Part shown: positions 1 to 12,292 of the stretch, in pieces
How the letters are laid out: the number at the start of each line of letters is the position of its first letter
Numbering within the stretch: position 1 is the stretch's first letter
Origin: Lingula anatina
Lineage: Eukaryota > Animalia > Brachiopoda
Direction: 5' to 3'
Assembly: GCA_051362555.1 (NCBI GenBank)
Contig: CM120645.1
Span: 12,648,001 to 12,712,000 of the forward strand
DNA length: 64,000 nucleotides
The notes under the pieces: model-generated
Told to the model about the DNA's origin: nothing
Seen by the model: only the letters and a program-made list of their open reading frames with translations
Database searches by the model: none
Translations under genes and position numbers: made by a program

Positions 1-1194
1 GGCATGTCTTTCCACAACCTTCTAGCGCAGAATGCCACAATCCCAGCCTCCAGTTGGCGAGAGAGTTTTGTGATTGAACACCAGGGGGAGTACAAGCAGA
101 TCAACCCAGGATGCCCCCAATACAATAACATGGACCTGGCTGTAAGTATTTATGTAGGGTTGTTTAATTTGCTTCTGCATTACTGTTTATGATTTTTTTA
201 TTTGAAGCATTTGGTAGATACAAAAAGTAGATTATTGGTTTCAAATTAAGATTACTTGGTAATACATGGTATCTAAAATTAATAAGTACTGTAATTTTGA
301 ACAAGACTGGAGCTGTAATTTCACATAGATTGTAAAATTAAGACAGTACTGACGAGTTCAGGATAATAATTGTAATAAGGATATTCCTGCTGTTTTTGTA
401 TTTAGTCAAAATATTTGATTTTTGTCTCAAAAAAATTATAGAACTTGGAATGATGTAATGTTTGAAAATAACACTTGAATCTACTGTCAGTAGGTGTGAC
501 GGGAATGGTACAAGTTGTTTGCAGTGAGCTGTATTTTGTTCCCTATATTTTTTGAACAGGTGACTTTGTCCTATATATTGACCCCACACCCGTCCTGGAT
601 GGGTGTTGGGGTCAATATATAGGACCGTCCCATATACTAACCCCAATACTCCGACTAACCCTAACCTGTACTAATCATATGGTACCCCAGACTAATATTC
701 CTGTCAGCCCCTCATTTGTTTATTTTATCTGATTATTGTAGAACTGCGACCCCAACTGTGTGTGCGAGGATGCCAAGAACAACACGTATGGCTGCGTAAG
801 GACGCTCTCAGCAGACACCAACTACATGTACTGTGTGTTTGAGGACACTGAGGTGAGTTGGGAGTCCAAGGTTGTCTAAATATTCTAGTTTAGATTTCAC
901 TTTCTGTTTTTAATTTACTCCTGTATTTGTTTTCAAGGGTCGATGGTTTTTATTTGTATTTATTTTATTTACTAAAAGTATATTAAGAATGCACTATTAT
1001 AAACAGAAAATGCCTCTTTTCAGAATTTTGCAGAATTTTATGACCTGAATAAAGACCCCGACCAGCTCTCCAATGCCATCCAAACTGTGAGTAAGTCAGT
1101 ACTTATGGACCAGGGAAAGAAGTTAATGGAGCTGTCTGTCTGTCAGGGACCCTCTTGTCGCAAGATAGGACCACCCCATGTACTTGTAAATTGA
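1..1194 (+). CDS. GNS: N-acetylglucosamine-6-sulfatase, copy 1 (last three exons; 5' part outside window)
   Basis: Exons <1-141, 742-852, 1024-1194 (TGA), GT-AG, phase 0. Translation ...[14 protein letters not shown]...[16 protein letters not shown]...[25 protein letters not shown]...[17 protein letters not shown] matches the GNS C-terminus (CVCEDAxNNTYxCVRT, YDLxxDPxQLxN). Confidence 0.9.
498..705. mobile_element. Old MITE-like insertion shared by both GNS paralogs (counterpart ~11280-11465)
   Basis: Ends GACGGGAAT...ATTCCTGTC; internal CTAACCCTAACC; a diverged copy sits in the paralogous intron. Confidence 0.45.
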
Positions 1195-2629
1195 GGTCAT
1201 GGTGCCCTGGCTTGATTTTTAATTTGATACACGTTTCAATGTGTCTTTGCATTATAGCAAATCACAGAGCTCAAAGCTGGAGAACATCTACTAAGTAAAT
1301 TGAGTCACTATTCAAAACCATACATGCTTTATATTATATTGATTCACTAATGGGATGATATCCATTTCCGTGAATTGTTCTTGATGTGGTATTGATGCTG
1401 TTTTATGCCAAATAATCCAAGGTGCCATCATCTGCCACCATTATGTGGACAAATACACAGGTCATACATACTAGTACATGTACAGTGTATATGCATTTGT
1501 CTGGACAAAATTATACAGACAATTCTTGTATCCAGATTGAGCAAGACATGCAGATTGTTTATGCATTTGGGTTGTCAGAGAAAGTAGCCTTTATCCATTA
1601 TTCTCTACGGATCATGAAGTTCAACATATTTTAGTGACTGAAATTGTTCCATTTTGAAATTTGTGTGTTTACAAAAAAATAATGCTATGGGCTTTGAAAA
1701 ACTTTTTTATGAAGCTGTGCTTAAAAAGTTTGAATATTTTATAATTTCAGTATTATAAATATATTGTTGAAAATATTCATTTCAAAGATTCTCCTTAATA
1801 TTATCAATTATTCTGGAGAATATATTATGTAACCGAAAGCAAAAATTCATTTTATGCCTGGTATACTTTTAAAGGATACAGATACATTTGTACATTATTG
1901 TGTCGAATTAGAATACAAAAACTAAGAGGATTTAATCAGCATTCCATTTGTTATCAAGTAATGTTTATTTTTTAGCAAGTTTACTTTTGCTCAAGCTACA
2001 ACATTTATCAAAGGTTTCATTTGCATCGTGGTAATAAAGATGAAGTCTTGTATGTTGAAGGGATAAAAGGTCTGTTTTTCATAAGAAGTACATCCACAAG
2101 ATTTTTGACCAGATTGCATGGCACTCATCACTCTTCCTAGTTGAAATACAGTCTGATCTAGACCTGTGACTGGTTAATGCCTGTGATAATAGAAGCTTGG
2201 TAGTTTTTTAGAAGGCACTTTTTTAACAGACCATAGTATTAATAGGGAAATGGTGTCGTGTAAATATTGGGGCATTAGAAGAAGTGTAATTCTCTTGTCA
2301 TCCTTTAAATGGGAGACAAAAACCTTATTGTTGATTGCAGATCCAAATGTATAATTTAAAGATAAGAACATGAAAAGAGATTTTGGTTACATATTTTTGT
2401 TCGAAGACATTTGAAATCCATGAAAAAAAAAGACATTGATAATAAACGTAATTTGTTTTTTCTCATTCTTCTTTTTGATGTTTTATTTTACTGTGGTGTA
2501 TTGATATTTTCTGTGGTTCATTGTGAAAAGTTTATGCCTGTGTTCTGAAGCTCTCCATTTTGACATCCTGATCACCAGAGGTCCCTAGCGGTATCGATAG
2601 ATACCTGTTACAAGTAACAGATACATTTA

Positions 2630-2706
2630 GGGACCATTCTTAGACCCTATCATACTAACTGTGGATCGATCTATCTCCAAGGGGATTCTCGCTAAATTGA
2701 AATCAA
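2630..2706. mobile_element. Truncated family-A (GATCGATCTA) MITE end
   Basis: Nearly identical to the reverse complement of ~53540-53617. Confidence 0.65.
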
Positions 2707-3146
2707 CTTGAAAAATGTTATTGCCATTGGGGGTGGGGGGGGGGGGGGTCCCCTCTGAGCAAAATTTTATCAAGCTTCATGAAGGTTTCATGGTAAAAGC
2801 TCCATTTTTTTTCAGAAAAAGAACCGCCCTTTTGAAATTGCTGGCAACAATCGTTCACCAAAGCAACTGCGGGAAATTTTGTATGGAAAAATCTCCAAAA
2901 TGCTAAGGTCCCGTTTCTCTTTTTATCTCTTCTGTGATTCTGGGGATAGTCACTCCTCATACTCTTACGCAGTTTTGAAGTAAAAAGTTGTTTGAATATA
3001 ACAAAACGCGCTGTTTTTTAATGAGCAATTTTTATCATCCGCCCATTATAAAGTATGGGGAAAAGTCACATCACATTTGTCCCCCAAGCATTGTGCGTAA
3101 CAACGCTCCACCCACTTGTCATGTCACGGGTACTTCTACAGGTAGA

Positions 3147-6100
3147 ATGGAAGGTAGAGGAAGAGGTATTTTGTCGATGCTGTCGGTGCTTGTCCTTTTA
3201 AATGTGCTGCAAACATGTGCAACCAAGAAGGGTCCCCCAAATATCGTGTTCATACTCACGGATGATCAAGACACTGTTATTGGAGGAGAGGTAATGGACT
3301 ATTTGTAGCACTTCTAACATTGTTTTCACGAAATCTTTTAAGACCCAGTTTGATAAAAAAAAAATGGCCAATGAGATATTGTAAACTATGTAAGATAAAT
3401 CAACATTAAAGTGATTTTGCATAAAAGAAAATTGTTACCTACATAGCTTGATGTAGAACTAAAAAAAATCATACTATTTTAGTACAAGTACATTACTAGT
3501 GCCAATAGGTAGCATCACATGATTTGAAGAGTCACCTGATACATGTACATGTAGCTATAGATTATTTATGTATGTTTTCTTTTTCTTTTTAATAAATACA
3601 ACTAATATTTTGTCTGTCTTGTCAAAGGGGTTGACTGTAAGAAAGCAGATCCAAAACAATCACTTCACAGACAGAGGGTCAGCTTCGCATCCGCGCTCCC
3701 CCCTTCAAATAATCCTGGATGCAACCCTGCATAGGTACATGTAAATACGAGTTTTACTTATTAAAGAAAATACCAGGTTTGATGGTCGAGTTCACTGACT
3801 GTTGGTATTAAAAAAATCCAAATGGAATTCCCAGACGACTTCCATGACAATTTCATGAATATATTTGATGAATGAAGACTAGATATTAAGTTTAGAGATA
3901 TTTAGATACTTAGTATTAAGATTTAGGTACTTTGGAAAAATGAGCCAGGGACTGTCGGACAGCCACAGACTGGGAATTCTCACTTCCAGATTCAAACTGT
4001 GCGAGGATTGGAAAGAGCATCTAGTAAGAGAGAGGAGAAATTTAAGATATTGTTTCACCCACGATGGAACTTTCACATGGAATTTAAATAAAGGCTGTGT
4101 CGCTTGTAGACCCCCATTCATGTGTTTCATGTTAAAAAGTAACCTCCTTCCAACGAAGAAGTTCTGATAGAAAAATGAATTGTGAACATGTGCATGCGCA
4201 ATCCAACTGTTCTACATTTTAACAATAACTTTTTAATGTGCAATATATAAATCGTCAGCAGTTGCAATTCTTTTGTTTGATATTTTTAGAGTGTAATAGG
4301 GTAATTAAAGTATTTGAAATATATCTTTCTGATGAATTATCACTGTTTCCCAACCACGGCGAAAAATAATTCCCCATTTCATGATCAGAATTGCACATTA
4401 AGCAACATTACTGTGCCATCATTCAGAATTCAGCTCGATACAAGCAGGCGTAATCTGCAGTTCATAGTTTATGTCTCAGTTAGCCCCTAGTTAAAAAAAT
4501 TTACTGTTCTGGGTGAAATAATATAATGGAACTTTATTAAACCGCAGAAATATTTTAAACTTTTAGTGATGATTTTATTACTAGTGAAAACTAAGCAATG
4601 ATATATGGCACATACACAGTGTAGATTACGCCGCCCTTCATCTGTTGCGTAAGTTTACATTGAGCTGTACCTTGTAATTTGAAAATCTGTGCGTAGTCTA
4701 CAATTTTAAAAGGTTTAGTTACGCCTCTGACAAGGACATTTTTAGCATAGCATCATATGATTTTAAGAGTCACCTGATGCATGTTTTTTCCGGTATCGAG
4801 TGAATGAACCGTTCTGACGGATTATTCGCACCGAGGTACAGGCCGTGAAGAAACCATCTCCGTGAATTAAACTGTCGTGCCACTCAGGTTTTATCATGCA
4901 ATGTGTAGTCACTGTAACGACCTCCCTATCTAATTATATCACCTGAATGACCTTACCTAGCTGTCGTTCTCAAGATAGTACTGACGGTACTAAATGAACA
5001 CCTGGTCATAAGGAAAGGATTTCTAGATGGGAACGTTCACATTTTGTTCTTATGTATTTTAAGTGAAGTTTATCTTTTGGTGTCAGGTGTCCATAATTGC
5101 ACATTAGTTATATATTATTGATGTTTTTGTTGACTGCGGTAAACGTAAGAAAGCAGATCCAAAACAATCACTACAGAGATAAAGTTTTACTTATTAATGA
5201 AAATAGCTGGGTAGCTGGTTGAGGTCATAGGTTGTTGATATTAAAAAAAAATACAAAGGAAATTCTCGGACGACTTCCATGCCAATTTAAGGAATATATG
5301 TGATGAATGAAGACTAGATTTTAAGTTTAGAGATATTTAAATACAGACAAAAATCATAATGATATAATTGTAATGTTTCCCATTCAATCCAGTGCCACAT
5401 TGAGATTTCAGGTTTTTTTGAGATCAAACAAAAATTATATATATATATATATATATATATTGTTCAGCAATTTAAAACGGATTCTTTTCAATTTGAATTC
5501 AGTACAAAAACATGTTTTGTGATTATTGCAACAAATAATGGACTTGTCTTTATACTTAATTGAACTAGCAGTAGTATCCTAAGCACAAAACAATAATTTT
5601 TTTCTTGATGTTTATTCTTTCCATTCGAAGAACTGACGTCTAAAGAGGGTCTGGGTGAGAGGGTAAAAACGAAACTTACTGAAACTGCTTTGTATTGTAA
5701 TTTGTACACAATATGTGATATCAAGCAATCTTGGCAAAAGGCAAAATTATCCATAATTTTTACACAGAGAGGGATTAAAGGGATAGCGACTGTTCATTTT
5801 GGCCAAAAAATTAATTTTCCTGGGGTAAACAGCAATTTTTCCATACTTACCAATGGTTAGTGAATCCATTTCTACATTCAAAGTTAGTCCCTTTTTTGCT
5901 AAAAAATTTTTTTGTAATAATCTCTAAAAAGATATAGATCTCATGCGAAGAGTTGTTATCCCTTTAATATTGGCCCTGAATATTCTGTGATTCATTCTGA
6001 ATTGGAGTGTCTACAATGTCGTGTCATTTATCTTATAAACTTAGACTGAAAATTAAACATGAAAAATATAAAACTAAACTAGAAAAGCACTCAGAGAGCG

Positions 6101-6765
6101 CAGACCTCCGCCAAGGCAGCAAAGTCTCCATCCAATGCCGTTTCACACCTAAATTTCCGGTATTTTTGATTATTGATAGATTATTGATCCAGATCACTGA
6201 TTATTTTAAACTATTGATCCGGATTACCACCAAAAACTAATCATCTGTTCCTTGGCCCATTTCTGTCAGTTTCTGAAAATTTCATCAAAATCGGTCCAAA
6301 ACTTTTTGATTTATGTTGATGACAAACAAACAAACAAACAAACAAACAAACAAGCAGGGGTGAAAACATAACTTCCTTGGCGGGGGGTATAGATAGATAA
6401 TAGTAATCTTTATTGAAATATTGCAACCCGAAGGTTGTCTCAAATTGCATGTTTTTGTTCTTTCAGTCACCAATGACAAAAACCAAGAAGTTAATTGGAG
6501 ATGAAGGGATCATTTTCAGGAACATGGTATGTATACTTATTGCACTGGAGGAGCCGGGACGTCTAGAACTAGATGGAGACCGGGTCCTAAATTTTAGGGT
6601 GATGCCTTTCCTCTCCCTGTGAAAAAATCTGATAATAGAATTGAGTAATGCAAATGAAAACTTTTAACACTAAAACTTGAGTTCCAATGAAACTATTTTT
6701 ACGAGGCACATTAAGAGGCACTTTTGTAGTACTGAGACAATGTGCTCTGCCAAAATAGGTTCATC

Positions 6766-6838
<73 letters not shown>

Positions 6839-9800
6839 GTATACAGGTATACGGGAACTGCAGTAGCCCCATCTGGCAGAAGCAGTCAGAGACGAGGGCC
6901 TTTATCACATATCTCAAAAAACAGAAATACACCACTTTTTTTGCAGGGAAGTATCTAAATCAGGTTGGTACTTGTAACTTTATATTTTTTACATGCAATT
7001 CAAAAGTGTTTCAGACTAAGGCTATTCAAGCAGGGCCGTAGCCTGAGCAAAATGCCAGGGGGGGCAGTAAGTGGACACGAGGGGGCGAAGCTACCGAGGG
7101 GGGAGGGTGTGGTGTGTAAAATTCCAAATTCCAGGGGGGACAGCTGCCCCCCCTGCCCCCCCGGAGGCTACGGCCCTGTCAAGGCATAGTATAAATAAAT
7201 AAATATATATATATATACAGTATATTTTATTATTCTTTATTTATATTTCATCCTGGTTGGCTTTATTCTTACTTTATGAGCCTAGTTTATTCTTACTTAA
7301 TGGGCCTCATCCTTGTATTTTTTGGCCAAAAACATTATAAGCTGATGACATGGGCCTAGAAATAGAGAAATTGTTTTAGGTCATTTTCAACTGGATGTGT
7401 GTGTCTTCTATTCCAGTATGGCAAGCTTGAGACAGGGGGCCCGGAACATATACCACCTGGCTGGGACTGGTGGAATGGGCTGGTAAGCTTATGTAACTAG
7501 AACACCACTTTACCCTGAGTATCAGAGGTGACTGGATGGCATGAAATCATCGGAAGATGGGCCACACATATGATATGGGTCACATGTCATGGGTCACACG
7601 TACTGGGTCACACGTAATGGTCACGTCATGTTATTGGTCATGTATCATGCCTGTGTAAATGCATTGTTCATGGTTCATATTCCCAACACAGACCAGAGTT
7701 TTCATCCCACGAAAAGTTGAGGACAGAATCAGTCTTGGTCACTTAAATTTTTTTATAGAAACACAACAACTCTCAAAAGTGAAGTGATTATTGAAAATGT
7801 TATCTGGTTTTCATAGGTTGGTAACTCCAGATATTACAATTATCACCTGTCTGTGAATGGAACAGTAGAGAACCATAGGGACAACTACCAGATTGACTAC
7901 TTCACCGACATCATTGTAAGTACTGGCACTACCTTACTGATATTATATATAGTAAGTACTGGTACTACTAGCATAACCGATGTCATTGTGAGCACAGACA
8001 CTACCTTACTGACATCATATAGTAGTTTTTGACAAACTAAAGTGAATTTGTGGTTGATTAGAATTATGTATATATAGGGCCTATGGCTTTGAAACACTAT
8101 AGGGCCTATATGGTACTTTCAAATTTGATATTCGCATTATCCCAGTAGCTACTAAAGAAAAGGCACAAGTTCAAGATTATGCATGGCAGTTCACAAAGTA
8201 TGAAGAAAAGAAAATACTTAATAAATACAGGCGTTGTGATTTTTAATGAATTTACAAAACATTAATACATGACATTTATTACATGACATTGAATATTAAA
8301 AAGGGGTTATAAAATGCAATCAAATCCAGAGCTCCAGCAGTACACTACCCTTGTTAATTGTTAAAGCAAGGAGTTATAACAGAAGGCCTTCTGTTATAAC
8401 TCCTTGGTTAAAGGTACATACGAACCGAGCATCGGTGGAGCGTGGATTCCCAGTAACACCTGTAAACCACTTCTACTAGAATCTTATATGACTCAAATAA
8501 ATTCGACATGCCAAGGGATAAACTGAATAGATCACTCGATCAGCCATAAAAGACCTTTAGACTGCTCCTTTCTTTAAATTTTTGGTTGTAAATTTAACCT
8601 ACTTCCGTGACCTACTTTCCTGCCCCATTGACATACAGCTTAGAATGCCAGCAGAAAAATCTGTTCAAACATCATTTTCTGGTAAAACTAAACAATGCCT
8701 TTTGGTAATTCTCTTAGTTATACTACTTGAAACTATATACTGGCATTTGGTTGGTTTTTGTGACAAAAAATTGACTTTGTATGCATCTTTTTAAAGTACT
8801 GATAGAAAACTTCAGATTAAAAGCAGCAATATTTTTACAATGCAGAACAGAAGAGCAGAGGAATTCCTTCAACTGCAGTCACCTGATTCAGGACCCTTCT
8901 TCATGATGCTGTCCACCCCAGCCTGCCATGGACCCTTTACCCCAGCCCCCCAGTACAGTAACAGCTTTAATGACATCAAGGCACCAAGGAATGGAAGCTT
9001 TAATGTGTATGGGAAGGTGAATGCTTCATTGCAGACTGAATAACATCTCTCTCTGTCTCTGTCTGTCTCTCTCTCTCTCTCTGCTCATATATTATATTAT
9101 ATTATATTATATTATATTATATTATATTATATTATATTATATTATATTAAATACTTTATAAGATATTACTATGCAATATTACTAATTTAATGATATTTTA
9201 AGATACGCTAGTTTGTAATATTTCAGGACAAGCACTGGTTGATAAGGCAGGCCAAGTATCCAATCTCGGCTGATGTTATTGCTCGCATAGATAATGTTTT
9301 TAGGAAGAGGTACATGTACTGTATGTATGTGTGATATGCAGCAAACATACATATAATTTACGGGTTTTTAATTTCTCATGTCAATTGTCAGAGTTTCCAT
9401 TTCAAATTCATAGAAAGTATGGATTAGTAGAGACTTGTGAATATTTTAAGTGACTTAATTATTTCTTTTTTATCGGAATGAATTTTTTTTGTAAAAAGTT
9501 TAATCTTAATTTTCACCTATACTGTAGATGGCGCACCTTGCTGTCAGTGAACGATATGGTTGAGAATGTGATCAACTTGTTAACTCAGCGAAAACTGCTG
9601 GACAATACCTACGTGTTTTATTCCTCCGACAATGGCTATCATCTCGGTAAGAAATAGAGATGAAATGGGGAAAATGATAACAAAGTTGGAGTTTTGTCAG
9701 AGCTCGTCAGACTAATGCACAGTTTTAGCTAGTTTATTCCAGTTTTATGTCAAGAATTAAGGTATAAAATGTATGGTTAAGACTTTGTTTTCCCTATTTG

Positions 9801-12005
9801 TGTATGTGTCTGAATGCCAATGTGCACACTTTCATAAACATATTAAAAGGATAACATTTTGTACATTGAGAAGTTTAAGTGCAAAATTGCTGAATTAAAA
9901 TGTAATAGAGGCTGTGACAGACACTTGAAAAGACAGTCCATAATAGAAGAATGCACACTAAAAAGTGATGAAATGAAAAATGTAGAAAATTTTTATCAGG
10001 ACTGGTTGCAACAGTTACTCTCAATGAGGGCAATAGTGAAGATAAACAGTATACATCTATATCAACTCTTTAAATATTTCTTATAAAGGTCAGTTTTCTT
10101 TGCCACAAGACAAGCGGCAATTGTACGAGTTTGATGTGCGAGTACCCCTGATGGTCAGAGGACCAGGCATCAAGGCTGGTCAGCTCAGAGAGGTACGTAC
10201 TAGTGACAAATTAACACAAATCCTAGCTTCCCTGTATACAATATACAGGAGAGGAATTGTACCAAAATGTAGTCGAGATATAATTTGGTCTTGTATATAT
10301 AGCATACAGTAGAGGATAAGTAGTTGTAGCTGACTTACTGCATGGCTGGGACTTCTAATGATATGATGAATGCATCAAAAGGTATGAAAATTCAGGCGAG
10401 AGTGTAAGCCAAATTTTGTTTAATTAAAGCACAGACTGTGCTATAATAAGTGATGTGCAACACTGACCAGTGTGACGTACTGCTGCATATTGGTTAGAAT
10501 ATTGTACAGTACATGTACTTCTGCAGTATGGACCTTTGCTAAATTGAAAAGCATGCATGGAGACAAATGATACAAACACACAGTATTACAGAGGGAAATG
10601 GATTTATTCATATATTGTAATTTTACATCTCAGACTGTCACAAGTAATGCAAAGTAATATTTCATTCCAGGAAATCATTCTAAACATCGACTTTGCGCCA
10701 ACATTTATAGCTCTGTCTGCCCAGACTGCCCCATCACAAATGGACGGCATGTCTTTCCACAACCTTCTAGCGCGGAATGCCACAATTCCAGCCTCCAGTT
10801 GGCGAGAGAGTTTTGTGATTGAACACCAGGGGGAGTACACCGAGATTATTCCAAATTGCCCTCAATATGATTACATGGACCTGGATGTAAGTCTTCATGT
10901 ATGGTTGTTTAATTGATTCTGCATTACTGTGTATGATTTTTTCATTTGAAGCATTTTGTAGATATAAAAAGTTGATTACTGGTTTCACATTACCATAACT
11001 TAATAATACACTGAATTAAAAAAAAAACAAGTACTGTAATTTTGAACAAGACTATGGAGCTGTAATTTTAAATACATTGTAAAAGTAAGACTTAATTGTA
11101 CAAGTTATGTTAACGATTATAATTTTGATAAGAATGTTCCTGCTAGTTTTTCAAATTGTTTGTTTCATATTTTGTCAAATTTGAAAATGTTTGATTTTTG
11201 TAACAAAAAGTTATAGAACTTGGAATGAGGTGATGTTTGAAAATCACATTTGAATCTGTAAAATCTTTTGAGCTGGTGTGACAGGAATGGTACATGTAGT
11301 ATAAGTTGTCTGCAGTGAGCTGTATTCCATTCCCTATTTTTTTGTACTGGTGCCATTTGTCTCATATATTGGGCGCACATCTGTTCCATCTGACTCCATA
11401 ACTTCCTGTTAACCCTAACCTGCACTTATCATACATATGGGACCCTGTACTTCCATTCCTGTGACTACCATTCCTGAGCCTCTGATTTGTTCTATGTGGT
11501 TATTGTAGCACTGCAACGCCCATTGTGTGTGTGAGGATGCCAAGAACAACACATACAGCTGTGTAAGGACGCTCTCAGCAGACACCAACTACATGTATTG
11601 TGTGTTTGAGGACACTGAGGTGAGCTGGGAGTCCAAGGTTGTCTTTTAAGATATTTTATTAAAATATCCTTGTTTAGAGTTGACTTTCTTTTTTAAATTT
11701 TCTCCTGAATTTTGTTTTCATAAGTTAGCTTTCTTTTTTTTTTTTGTTTGTTTGTTTTTCTTTATTTCTGTATTAAATTTATCATTTATTCTTTCCTTCA
11801 TAATTTAATAAATATGTGATTCATTTTATGTTATCATAGATAAGACAGCAATCACTGATAAAGCAAACTGGTTGTTGAAGCCATTTTGCTTAAATTTTTC
11901 TTCCAGATTAAATTAAATGGTTTATGCGATGCAGTGTTTTTTCTTTTTTTTTCTTTTTTTTTTTGTAATTTCTGCAATAGTAAATTTAAACTTCTTCTTT
12001 TGAAG

Positions 12006-12044
<39 letters not shown>

Positions 12045-12292
12045 CAACAATATGAGACTTTTGTAGACCCAATAAAAAGACATAAGCACTAAAAACAATA
12101 TTAACTAAGAATGCACCATTATAAAGAGCAAATACCTCTTTTCAGAATTTTGAAGAATTTTATGACCTGAATAAAGACCCCGACCAGCTCTCCAATGCCA
12201 TCCAAACTGTGGGTAAATCAGTACTTATGGACCAGAGAAAGAAGTTAATGGAGCTGTCTGTCTGTCAGGGACCCTCTTGTCACAAGATATGA
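3147..12292 (+). CDS. GNS: N-acetylglucosamine-6-sulfatase, copy 2 (tandem paralog; catalytic CxPxR segment absent in this sequence, possibly defective)
   Basis: Exons 3147-3290, 6467-6526, ~6847-6963, 7417-7482, 7817-7915, 8846-9016, 9227-9309, 9528-9646, 10089-10192, 10671-10886, 11509-11619, 12146-12292. Signal-peptide-like N-terminus, then [81 protein letters not shown]. Phases are consistent; the 5' boundary of exon 3 is uncertain. Confidence 0.88.
5779..5963. mobile_element. Kolobok-like MITE (internally deleted, inverted relative to 31236/32887 copies)
   Basis: TTAA|AGGGATA...TATCCCT|TTAA; interior is homologous to 31236-31586. Confidence 0.75.
6077..6391 (+). mobile_element. Helentron/HINE-like non-autonomous element
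   Basis: Subterminal inverted repeat CCGCCAAGG ... CCTTGGCGG, internal (AAAC)n microsatellite just before the 3' end, no TSD visible. Confidence 0.6.
6769..6836. repeat. (TA)n microsatellite abutting truncated GNS exon 3
   Basis: Pure AT run of about 66 bp followed by ATACAGGT x2. Confidence 0.95.
7031..7178. mobile_element. MITE with CAG termini and 5-bp TSD
   Basis: TCAAG|CAGGGCCGTAGCC...GGCTACGGCCCTG|TCAAG. Confidence 0.85.
8367..8406. mobile_element. 40-bp perfect-palindrome minimal transposon with 7-bp TSD (P-element-like termini)
   Basis: GTTAAAG|CAAGGAGTTATAACAGAAGG-CCTTCTGTTATAACTCCTTG|GTTAAAG. Confidence 0.85.

Noticed and set aside
6677-6958. ORFs with YIYIYI runs, and similar CVCVCV or SLSLSL ORFs elsewhere
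   Set aside because: Microsatellite translations; only the GNCSS...LNQ part is a real exon.
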